Below are positions 38,796-46,683 of a stretch of DNA of 47,196 bases, in pieces. The first letter of the stretch is position 1. Every line of letters begins with the position of its first letter. The stretch spans positions 1-47,196 of IMG/VR virus record IMGVR_UViG_3300044477_000031. One strand, 5' to 3'. The position numbers were made by a program, and so were the translations under genes. Origin of the DNA: a virus (lineage: Duplodnaviria > Caudoviricetes). A model generated the notes under the pieces. The model saw nothing but the letters and a program-made list of their open reading frames with translations, ran no database searches and had not been told where the DNA came from.

Positions 38796-38832
38796 ATTGT
38801 ATAGCATGTTTGATTTTTTGTAAAGCTATTTA
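38796..38832 (-). promoter_or_regulatory. promoter driving the cassette array (Pc-like position)
   Basis: AATAGC-TTTACA-17 nt-TACAAT. Confidence 0.7.
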
Positions 38833-38838
38833 TACCGA

Positions 38839-39813
38839 TTAAACGCCGTAAAGCGCCGCCCAGTCAGCTATTCCGTTATCCTCGCCGTTTACGTAGTCTT
38901 TCAGTTCTTTGATGAAAGCGTCGTGATCTTTAAGGACTGGATTAACGCTACATCGGCACTGAGGATGAATTGTGTCGGTATAGTATTGTATTTGCTCTTT
39001 AGTGTAAGGGCCACCAGCGGCTATTTCAGGACAGGTACAGTCCCAATCGATATGAGAAGGCGATAAACGCCATTCAAACATACCCGTTGCCCCGGGATTA
39101 GCGTTCCCCGACTCGATATCCGCTTCCCTGATTGAATTATAAAGCTCCGTCCTTACTACCCGTTGTGTGCGATAGTCAGCCCCAGCCGTTCCTAAGCGCT
39201 TGCGGTATGCGCTTGTATCGACTTCAAGTTTACCCCATCGGCCTAGAACCGCTTCAGGGCCAGTACGTAGGTATTGCTGTATCTCTCTGGCTATCTTTAC
39301 CGGGTCTTTACCGGCTGCTATCTCACCTTCGATATAGGCAAGTATCTTATCGCTGAAATTGTCTATACCGCCCCATATAGAGTCAGATAGGTTATACCGG
39401 GCGCGATTCTCGACCTTTACCGGCGTGTATTCTGCGTTATACAGCTTTTTCTTACGGGTATTGATACGCTCGAAAATGGCGTTTATCTTTTCATCAATGT
39501 CTCGGCCAGCATCACGAAACGCTTCCTTGACGTATTTATCGTCAATGTCAGTCGTACGCTTAACGCCTTTCGATACGCTTGCCTTGATGATTGCTTTTAT
39601 CTCGCGGTATAGGTAATTACGGTCAAGCGCGTCTACGATCTTATCGCGGCTTGCATCGGATAGCGGCCTTGAAGGAAGTCGAGAGATAACGCTTTCAGCC
39701 TTGCGCGTCTGCTTAATATACAGCTCACGGATAGCGACGTTATTAGCGCATTGCAGCTTGCTGATATATGAGACAGTTTCGCGCTTGGCTTTGCGGTATT
39801 CGGATACGGTCAA
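38839..39813 (-). CDS. head morphogenesis protein (SPP1 gp7 / Mu F-like)
   Basis: NLSDSIW, RVVRTE, HPQCRC. Confidence 0.88.
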   Translation of the reverse strand: MTVSEYRKAKRETVSYISKLQCANNVAIRELYIKQTRKAESVISRLPSRPLSDASRDKIVDALDRNYLYREIKAIIKASVSKGVKRTTDIDDKYVKEAFRDAGRDIDEKINAIFERINTRKKKLYNAEYTPVKVENRARYNLSDSIWGGIDNFSDKILAYIEGEIAAGKDPVKIAREIQQYLRTGPEAVLGRWGKLEVDTSAYRKRLGTAGADYRTQRVVRTELYNSIREADIESGNANPGATGMFEWRLSPSHIDWDCTCPEIAAGGPYTKEQIQYYTDTIHPQCRCSVNPVLKDHDAFIKELKDYVNGEDNGIADWAALYGV

Positions 39814-40004
39814 CGCCTACTTTCCTTTACGAGTCGCTTTGTTACGTCTAGTTGTTTCTCTTCAAAGTTATACGTCAATTCAACCGGTATGGGCATTCTG
39901 GATTGTTCTAATGTTTCCATTATGCGCTTATATTGTTTAGGCCGCTTCTTTTCTATTTCGCATAACTCATCATACAAACCTCTGTATAAATAAATTGTCC
40001 CCAT
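39810..40004 (-). CDS. hypothetical protein
   Basis: AAGGAG RBS. Confidence 0.6.
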   Translation of the reverse strand: MGTIYLYRGLYDELCEIEKKRPKQYKRIMETLEQSRMPIPVELTYNFEEKQLDVTKRLVKESRR

Positions 40005-40026
40005 CGTTTCACTCCTTGCCTATTAC

Positions 40027-41421
40027 TTAGGCGTTCTCGCCTTGGCTTATCGCGTCTGTATTGCTAAACGCCTTATGCTTTGCCGTTGCTTTCAATCCTG
40101 CTATAAATGCCTCTGCGTCTGCTTCTGGCATATCGGGATAGGTTCCCTTGATAAAGTAGTATGCATCCTCAAGCGTGAACCCGGCTACGTTGTATAGTGC
40201 CGCAAGGCCTTGCGCCATGGTATTAAAGATCGTCGCCTTTTGCTCTGGTGCTACAAGCGAGAATGCTCCCCACTTTGTATCTACCGTCCCGTAGTTACGC
40301 GACTCGACGAAAGACATAATCTCAAGCGACTTATTAAAAAGCAGGTTGTATGAGCTGGTATCCTCATTCTGCAATCCGCGTATACACGCCACTCCATTGT
40401 TCTTCTGGATATCAGTACTTGCCATATTCCCTACTGCAAGCGACGGCCAAAATATTTCAGGGATATCAGATCCGATGATTATATTCTGCCTAAGTTTATC
40501 AAGCATGTCCATGTGACCTTTAAGCGCATCGGACGAAAGGAATATCATTTGAGCCGCTTCCCCGGTCTTCGACAGATAGAATCGTGAGTCATACATGGTA
40601 TCATTGGCATGAGCAACGCCGGTAAAGCCGTTATTGGTCAGCCAGCTATCGATATTGTCGGTCGAGATATTAAACTTCGGCTGGAGTTCTGCAAGTATCT
40701 CGCATGCGTTTTGCATGATGTCATGGTATGTCTTATACGTGCGCATATTTGCACCTAGCACTGTACGGCCTCGCGGCTGGTTTACCTCTGCAGCATGAGG
40801 GAACGGGATAGGCATAGAAGCGAATACGTTACGGTATGTCTCGTTATCATATTCACCTTGGCTACCCTTGCGAAGCCATTGCACTTCTATGCGGTCTTTT
40901 GTTATTTTCCGCTTTCGTTCGCTGTATTCTACCATACCGTTACCGATAGCAACGCAGAATTGCTCATGCGTCCAGATGGTCAGTATTTCGCTTGTGGAGG
41001 GGTTTATGCCGATACTCTCGATGGTTTCATCCGGGATAAGCTCCCATATCAGTTTACCGGCTTTCGCGTCGTATCTTGGCCATATCCATGTCGTACCGTA
41101 TGTGCATTTAGTTCGCGTGATCGTTGTAAACATATCGGAGTTTTGAGCGATGAGCGTTTTAACCGCCTCGCCTGTTTGATCGTCGCTTGGCGCTGGAGTA
41201 GGAATACCGACTATCGCCGCGGGTATCGTTATAGGCGGTCTGGCAAGCGGTGAAGCGTGTTGTAGTCCTGCCTTTGTCCCGTCTACCAGTCCTTTAAGCG
41301 TTTCCGCATTGCACGGATAACCGCCTGTTTTATCTACGGGATATGGGCGCATGGCCGTTTTCCGCGTAACGTCAACTATATCGCCGCGTTTACGGCCAAA
41401 CAACCATTCTTGTATTCCCAT
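40027..41421 (-). CDS. portal protein
   Basis: 464 aa directly after TerL; YGTTWI motif. Confidence 0.8.
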   Translation of the reverse strand: MGIQEWLFGRKRGDIVDVTRKTAMRPYPVDKTGGYPCNAETLKGLVDGTKAGLQHASPLARPPITIPAAIVGIPTPAPSDDQTGEAVKTLIAQNSDMFTTITRTKCTYGTTWIWPRYDAKAGKLIWELIPDETIESIGINPSTSEILTIWTHEQFCVAIGNGMVEYSERKRKITKDRIEVQWLRKGSQGEYDNETYRNVFASMPIPFPHAAEVNQPRGRTVLGANMRTYKTYHDIMQNACEILAELQPKFNISTDNIDSWLTNNGFTGVAHANDTMYDSRFYLSKTGEAAQMIFLSSDALKGHMDMLDKLRQNIIIGSDIPEIFWPSLAVGNMASTDIQKNNGVACIRGLQNEDTSSYNLLFNKSLEIMSFVESRNYGTVDTKWGAFSLVAPEQKATIFNTMAQGLAALYNVAGFTLEDAYYFIKGTYPDMPEADAEAFIAGLKATAKHKAFSNTDAISQGENA

Positions 41422-41457
41422 ATATCACCGCCTTTTGTCGCGTATTATACCATTGCT

Positions 41458-42801
41458 TTACCGTCGCCGCAATGCCGCCATATCCTCGCGTACTTTGTTG
41501 CTCACTATCCCGCGTGGCTTGAAGAATGCCAATAACAATCCATCGGCACGGTCTGGAGACTTCCCTCCGTTGCGCTTCTTGTATATGTCTTTCGCTTCGA
41601 CGCGCTTTCTTCCTGCTGTATCGTATGTGTAATGTCTTCCAGCAAGCTCTGCCTTGAGAAACTCGTCATCTGGTATCTGGACTTCTTTAATCGGAAATGA
41701 GAACCATAACTCATCGGCTATAGTGACATACTTTTCCTTGTCGCTTACGTCACGGCCTCCGAAATTGACCTCTAGCACGTTCGCGCCCCAAGAGCGTAGA
41801 AGATCTATAACGCCGGGATTATATCCACCATCAACCTTTATTATGATGTCATATCGTTTATCTGCTATCTCCCATACACGAGACGCGACAGCAACGGTAT
41901 CGAATCCATGGACAGAATCCATCTTTATTACCTTAAGGCCATGCCGTCTAACGATAACGCTATCATCATGCCCATACCGCGCAACGTCAACGCCGATCTC
42001 TTCAACGCCTTCCTCTGGCACTTCACGGGTACACGCTGCCTTAATATCGGTTAAGGAAAATACCGCTTTATCGCCTTGAGATCGTGGCATACCCTCCCAA
42101 ATATGTATTGCCTCTTCAGGGTCACGCGCATAGTCTGCATCGCGCTTCTCTGGTAACTCGCTATTATTAAACCATGGATTGTCTAATTGGCCGGGCCTAA
42201 GCGTCAATATACAACTATTTGGCCTTTCATGCTTTACGAATACGTCATATACCGGGTCACACTCTTGAACCCGGTTAAACAGTACCCATACTTCGCATCC
42301 TTTCTTTCGCATAGACGGCAATACGGTTTCGAGGGTCTTATACCCCATGTTATGCGCTTCTTCCATGATTAGGATATCGATATCGTCAAGGGATCTATAG
42401 TTATCGGCTACAATGTCATTGAGTCCACGAAACATGAACTTTGAACCGTTTTTCGTATTCTCTATGTAGGTTTTAGTTACTCGCCATCCACGATAGCCGA
42501 GCTTCTTTATCATGCGTACTATGGTCGAATAGCTTGAAATATCAAGAGTATTTTGAACCTCGCGGGTTATCATTACGTTTACTTTCTCGCCGAAATAACC
42601 GGGGCATTCCCCGAATTGAATTGCAAGGCTCATCGCGCTTGAAGTTTTTGCACCTGCACCACGTCCACCATGCGCTATCTTATATGCGTAGTGCTTGCGC
42701 CATTCATCGAACTTAGGCGCGACCTTCTCACGTTCTATCTGTTCACGGATTGCATTGAATTGGTCTATTGTCAGTTCGCTTAAAGATTTTTCTTCGCCCA
42801 T
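41458..42801 (-). CDS. terL: terminase large subunit (PBSX-like)
   Basis: HGGRGAGAKT, MEEA, GVDVARYGHDDS and SPDRAD motifs. Confidence 0.95.
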   Translation of the reverse strand: MGEEKSLSELTIDQFNAIREQIEREKVAPKFDEWRKHYAYKIAHGGRGAGAKTSSAMSLAIQFGECPGYFGEKVNVMITREVQNTLDISSYSTIVRMIKKLGYRGWRVTKTYIENTKNGSKFMFRGLNDIVADNYRSLDDIDILIMEEAHNMGYKTLETVLPSMRKKGCEVWVLFNRVQECDPVYDVFVKHERPNSCILTLRPGQLDNPWFNNSELPEKRDADYARDPEEAIHIWEGMPRSQGDKAVFSLTDIKAACTREVPEEGVEEIGVDVARYGHDDSVIVRRHGLKVIKMDSVHGFDTVAVASRVWEIADKRYDIIIKVDGGYNPGVIDLLRSWGANVLEVNFGGRDVSDKEKYVTIADELWFSFPIKEVQIPDDEFLKAELAGRHYTYDTAGRKRVEAKDIYKKRNGGKSPDRADGLLLAFFKPRGIVSNKVREDMAALRRR

Positions 42802-43184
42802 TCTTTCGCGGCCTTAACCTTGTCTTCGTAGCTCATTCCTTCTGTAACGTCGGCTGTAGATACATTGGCATTGATTTCGAGCACATCACCGTCTTGAGTT
42901 TGCCGCATCTCGCGAAATAACGCGATAGTCGTCGAATCTGCTTTCTCGATTATCTTTGCTACTGCCTTTTTTGATAGGTCGTCGAATGACTGTTTAACCA
43001 ATTCACCTTTTTCATCTTTAGTTAAATACTGATCTGATATGACATTAGCATAGAAGTCGCGCCACCTTCTTGCCTCACGACGTGCCTCTCCAGATGCTAT
43101 ACCGCCTTTACGCCCTAATTCACTAGCTTCTTGCTTGCTTCGCTTATTTGCCGGTATGAGTTTATCAGGGTTACCGCGTGGCAT
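42780..43184 (-). CDS. terS: terminase small subunit
   Basis: ELGRKGGIASGEARR motif; overlaps terL. Confidence 0.75.
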   Translation of the reverse strand: MPRGNPDKLIPANKRSKQEASELGRKGGIASGEARREARRWRDFYANVISDQYLTKDEKGELVKQSFDDLSKKAVAKIIEKADSTTIALFREMRQTQDGDVLEINANVSTADVTEGMSYEDKVKAAKEWAKKNL

Positions 43185-43559
43185 TTAGTGTTCCTCTTGC
43201 GTTTCGTGATTGCAGTTTACATACTGTCCATTTTCATCTTCTAGAAACTCGCATTTATAAAATGGTTTTTTATAATCTTTATTATGCGTGCAGTCATAGC
43301 ATCCGTTTGAACCGACTCTTTTAATTCCTATCACTTTCCCTGTAATTTCCCCTACAGATTCGAGCTTATAAGGGCATTCTGTTAAACCTCTGTATTCGTA
43401 GTGCTCAAAATAGATTTTGTGAAATTGTTGGTTTTCTTCCTTGCTTAGTTTCTTTGCCAGACATTCTACTAATCGGTCAATGCGTAGGGAATGAGCAATG
43501 GCATCGCTTAACCGTTTCCATGCTGTATTTAGGTTATTGATGGCTTCGATAAAGGTCAT
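43185..43559 (-). CDS. hypothetical protein
   Basis: ORF coupled by overlap. Confidence 0.6.
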   Translation of the reverse strand: MTFIEAINNLNTAWKRLSDAIAHSLRIDRLVECLAKKLSKEENQQFHKIYFEHYEYRGLTECPYKLESVGEITGKVIGIKRVGSNGCYDCTHNKDYKKPFYKCEFLEDENGQYVNCNHETQEEH

Positions 43560-43834
43560 GCTTTTACCGCCTTCGCCTGTTCCCTAGCTTCCTTGCGTTT
43601 CGCTTTCTGTATCTGCTGTTCTTTCCTGTACTGTTCTTCGGTTTTTACCGCATTAAGCCCGTAGAATGTAGCTATCGTGTTTACTGTCTTTGCTGATACC
43701 ATCGTTCTATCGAGGTTTTTACTTTCCGTAAAACTGATAGTTTGCGGTGAAAGGTTTAGCGCACTGGCTACCTCGCGTACGGTAAGCCCTTTATTCCAGC
43801 GGCCTTGTGCTAGCTGTTCTGCTACTGATTTCAT
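43556..43834 (-). CDS. XRE-family HTH protein
   Basis: GLTVREVASALNLSPQTISFTE. Confidence 0.8.
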   Translation of the reverse strand: MKSVAEQLAQGRWNKGLTVREVASALNLSPQTISFTESKNLDRTMVSAKTVNTIATFYGLNAVKTEEQYRKEQQIQKAKRKEAREQAKAVKA

Positions 43835-44025
43835 GCATTCCCCTTAAAAATGACCGTCTTTTCCGGTCTGCCAGTTTTTGTTGCGCTTACGACCTGCGTC
43901 AGTCTATCCGTTTGCAACCGGAATCAACCAATACCGAAATTGACTTGCACAAGCTCGGGTCACTCATGGCTAGCGTGAAGCCGTTTCACTTTTTTATACC
44001 TGAGTCGAACAGGCTTTCTAGCTTT

Positions 44026-44135
44026 TGAACCGGCAACGAATCGAACGTTGCATGGAAAAGAATGTTTACAAAGCCAAGTGCGCTACTTGCACTCCTTCCC
44101 CTCGCGTGTGCGTCTACCCCTTCCGCCACGGTTCA
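44026..44135 (-). ncRNA. tRNA-like RNA (110 nt), anticodon arm replaced by a long stem
   Basis: Acceptor TGAACCG/CGGTTCA, D-arm GGCGGAAGGGGTAGACGC, T-arm GCAACG-TTCGATT-CGTTGC. Confidence 0.75.
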
Positions 44136-44141
44136 TTATCT

Positions 44142-44169
44142 ATTATAACGACTTAAAGCTATTTGTCAA
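44142..44169 (-). promoter_or_regulatory. consensus sigma70 promoter of the tRNA-like RNA
   Basis: TTGACA-16 nt-TATAAT, 6 nt upstream of the RNA 5' end. Confidence 0.85.
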
Positions 44170-44174
44170 GCTAA

Positions 44175-44247
44175 ATAAAAACGCCCTACCGGTGAAACGA
44201 CTTCCGGCAGGGCTGAATCAAGGAGTGGCCGACGATAAAGGCGGCTA
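44175..44247 (-). ncRNA. candidate small RNA with anti-Shine-Dalgarno motif
   Basis: Own promoter (TTGACA-17 nt-TATACC, 44253-44281), hairpin, ACTCCTTGATT, then terminator GCCCTGCCGG...CCGGTAGGGC followed by a T tract. Confidence 0.55.
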
Positions 44248-44285
44248 AGAATGGTATAGCATGGTATGGATAGGCTGTCAAGGAA

Positions 44286-44323
44286 TAAAAAACCGGACGG
44301 TTATGACATAGTTTCCGTCCGGC
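44286..44323 (-). terminator. intrinsic terminator
   Basis: CCGGACGG...CCGTCCGG followed by T6. Confidence 0.75.
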
Positions 44324-44645
44324 GGTTCATGTTTTATTATTCAGTGATTTCGCACATTCAACTATTTATCCGGGTTTTCATGGTCGCCCGGTGCCCTAAC
44401 GGTTGCTACTTACCTGTAGAACTTGAAGCCTGTTTCGTGCTTGAAAGTAATACAAGCATCCATGGCCGTATCCCAAAAATACGCGGTTTGCTTTCACTTG
44501 CCGTATGTCCATCGATTGCAATGGCGCTTATGGCGGTTATTCGCTCTATCGTTTCGATGAACGTAACTTCAATCGGCGTAGTTACGATAGCGTCAGGTAC
44601 AAGAAACGATAGAAAGAAGATGGTGAAGTAAATAGCCGTTACCTC

Positions 44646-44819
44646 CTAGCTTTTTGCAGGTTCTTCCTGCGCTCCGGGTTTTTCGTCGTTGGGATACGGG
44701 CCGACTATTTCGCCATTGTCTGTTCTGACAAAATAACAGCCAGCTTTCGTTCTGATCCATTCGGTATATCCGATCTCTGCCGGATTATCGTATGAACCGA
44801 TCTCTTTGATACCTTGCAT
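44646..44819 (-). CDS. hypothetical protein (57 aa)
   Basis: Manual ORF MQGIKEIGSYDNPAEIGYTEW...; AAGGAGGT RBS. Confidence 0.65.
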   Translation of the reverse strand: MQGIKEIGSYDNPAEIGYTEWIRTKAGCYFVRTDNGEIVGPYPNDEKPGAQEEPAKS

Positions 44820-44850
44820 AGTTTACCTCCTTGATAGATTCGTTTCGTCT

Positions 44851-44923
44851 TGCCCAATAAAGGAATCGAACCCTTGACCTCGGCCTTACAACGGGCGCGC
44901 TCTGCCAACTGAGCTAATCGGGC
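44851..44923 (-). tRNA. tRNA-Thr(UGU), with atypical G32 and a C-C mismatch in the anticodon stem
   Basis: Cloverleaf GCCCGAT/ATTGGGC, D-arm GCTC/GAGC, loop GTTGTAA, T-arm AAGGG-TTCGATT-CCTTT; CCA not encoded. Confidence 0.8.
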
Positions 44924-45025
44924 GAAATAACCGTATCGCCGGTAAACGCGGCTGTCTTGTTCGGTCGCACCCTACCCGGATATAAACCGGGTGCGGGCCC
45001 CTCAGTCTGATAGCTTTGACTGACT

Positions 45026-45233
45026 TGAACCGGCAACGAATCGAACGTTGCACCAGCCGAAGTCCCTCGCGTCGATATAACCGGCATGACGCGCTCTGGT
45101 TTGTGCTACTATCTGGAAAGTATCGCGCTAGCCTTATTACGCACTTTCCACGCCCTGTTAATATGTTTTCAGGCGCACCCACAATCTCGGCCTTAATCCA
45201 GTGATAGCGGCTTCCCTGTCCGCCCTCGGTTCA
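45026..45233 (-). ncRNA. tRNA-like RNA (208 nt) with a ~150-nt insertion in place of the anticodon arm
   Basis: Acceptor TGAACCG/CGGTTCA, D-arm GCGG-ACAGGGAAG-CCGC; 3' 27 nt identical to the 44026-44135 RNA. Confidence 0.7.
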
Positions 45234-45526
45234 TGTTGTCATCTTACGCAAAACGGTTTCCCGTTTAACCTTACGGTCTTCGCTTCGCTTGTGGTCGAAG
45301 TGCGTCCCTTGATGACCGGCTATCCGTTACCTCGCCAACGGCGTTTCACGGTACTACTATTACCTATATCTTTAGATATTCCGTTTGCGTTTTTTCGCTG
45401 GTCTAACGGCTACCCATTATTTCAACACTCATGCGAGTGATGATTTATTTATTACTAGCGTATATCCATATACAGCATATCACGGAAACGCCAGCCGCGA
45501 AAGCTAAATATAAATAAAATGCAAGG

Positions 45527-45784
45527 TCAATGACTTTCAGCGTTATCACTCGCGGCCTTGAGTTCTTTTATCATCTTTGCAACTTCTTCACGTGCGCTGT
45601 CAATAAAAGCTCTTTTTTTAAGCATATCCAATACTTCTTCCAGTACCTCGATTTTGGCTAGGCGTTCGGCGGCTAACCATATTTCAAATGCTATTTTCTT
45701 AAACTCTTCACCTGAATAAATCTGATTAGAGAATCTAGCATTATAGTACTTTTCAAACACTTCCTTAATTTGTTCGTCTGTCAT
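45527..45784 (-). CDS. hypothetical protein
   Basis: ORF coupled by overlap. Confidence 0.65.
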   Translation of the reverse strand: MTDEQIKEVFEKYYNARFSNQIYSGEEFKKIAFEIWLAAERLAKIEVLEEVLDMLKKRAFIDSAREEVAKMIKELKAASDNAESH

Positions 45785-46194
45785 TTCCCGCCTTCCTTTT
45801 TCGTGCGCTCCTCGAACTCGGCGAGAATGGCAAGATAAACCTTTGTCCTTTCGCCGCCGTCCGCTATGTCATTGGGCGGAACTTGTTTAGCCCACTTCTC
45901 CGCGATTTCCTGCGCGAGTGTTTTGGGAAGGGCTCGCATATAAAGAGTTGATTCTCTCGATATTTCGGTCCCGTGTACAGTTCTGCCAATCCATCGCACT
46001 ATTGCTTTACCGGCCCACGATCCTGCGCCGTCCCATACGCCCGGATTCGCTTCCCGTTCGTCGCGGAGACGCTGGACTTCGGCGGCGAGTAGCGCCTGAC
46101 AAGACGCCTTTACTAAAAACAGAGGGCATTCACGCGAACAGCTTGTACTCTTCATCGGTATTGCCATATCCATGCCTTCAAGTGTATTATTCAT
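45781..46194 (-). CDS. hypothetical protein
   Basis: ORF coupled by overlap. Confidence 0.6.
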   Translation of the reverse strand: MNNTLEGMDMAIPMKSTSCSRECPLFLVKASCQALLAAEVQRLRDEREANPGVWDGAGSWAGKAIVRWIGRTVHGTEISRESTLYMRALPKTLAQEIAEKWAKQVPPNDIADGGERTKVYLAILAEFEERTKKEGGK

Positions 46195-46448
46195 TCTGCA
46201 TACTTCCTTGATTTTTCGACCAGTTGGTCGCTACGTACTTCATCTGAAACGCCGTCGTACTGAACGCTTGACATAAACTCGCGCATTTCCCGTATCATCG
46301 CCCTTGCTTCGTCGCGTTCATTGCGGGCGTCGAGAAGATCTTTCGCGTAATCCTTGATTGTTGCGGTCAAGTCTTTGCCCGTTATGTAATCAGCCTTCGA
46401 TTGGCGCACTGCCTGTTCATTGCTCACTCTCTGCTTTGTTTCGCTCAT
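46191..46448 (-). CDS. hypothetical protein
   Basis: GAGG RBS. Confidence 0.65.
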   Translation of the reverse strand: MSETKQRVSNEQAVRQSKADYITGKDLTATIKDYAKDLLDARNERDEARAMIREMREFMSSVQYDGVSDEVRSDQLVEKSRKYAE

Positions 46449-46612
46449 TCTGTTTCCTCTTCGTGTATTCTGGTAAAGTACCTTTCGGTATTCAAGTTTA
46501 TCAGAACCCCTCGTTCAATCTTTTCTATCTGCCGTTCTGACATACCAGGCAGATCGAACTCCTTAACTGTTTTCATGTCTTCCATGTCGAACACCTGCAA
46601 TGTCTTTTTCAT
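46445..46612 (-). CDS. hypothetical protein (55 aa)
   Basis: Manual ORF MKKTLQVFDMED...; AAGGAGG RBS. Confidence 0.55.
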   Translation of the reverse strand: MKKTLQVFDMEDMKTVKEFDLPGMSERQIEKIERGVLINLNTERYFTRIHEEETE

Positions 46613-46683
46613 TCCATCGCCTCCTTACATCAAAACCGCGAGAAAGTCGCTATAAACGGCCTTCTCGTGCGTTATAGCGTTGT

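Noticed and set aside
16347-43184. Stop-codon reassignment
   Set aside because: Structural genes are full length in the standard code, all three stops are used, and no suppressor tRNA was seen.
44266-44631. 121-aa plus-strand ORF and the opposite open frame
   Set aside because: The plus ORF crosses a minus-strand terminator and promoter. The minus frame has a GGAGGT but no standard start codon, so neither was called.
44705-45204. ORFs 44705-44908, 44886-45182 and 45016-45204
   Set aside because: They overlap the tRNA and tRNA-like structures; a better RBS-supported ORF lies at 44646-44819.
45026-45233. tmRNA or intron-containing tRNA
   Set aside because: No G3-U70 alanine acceptor, a real D-stem is present, no evident tag ORF, and the insert shows no recognisable group I core. 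Kept as an unknown tRNA-like RNA.
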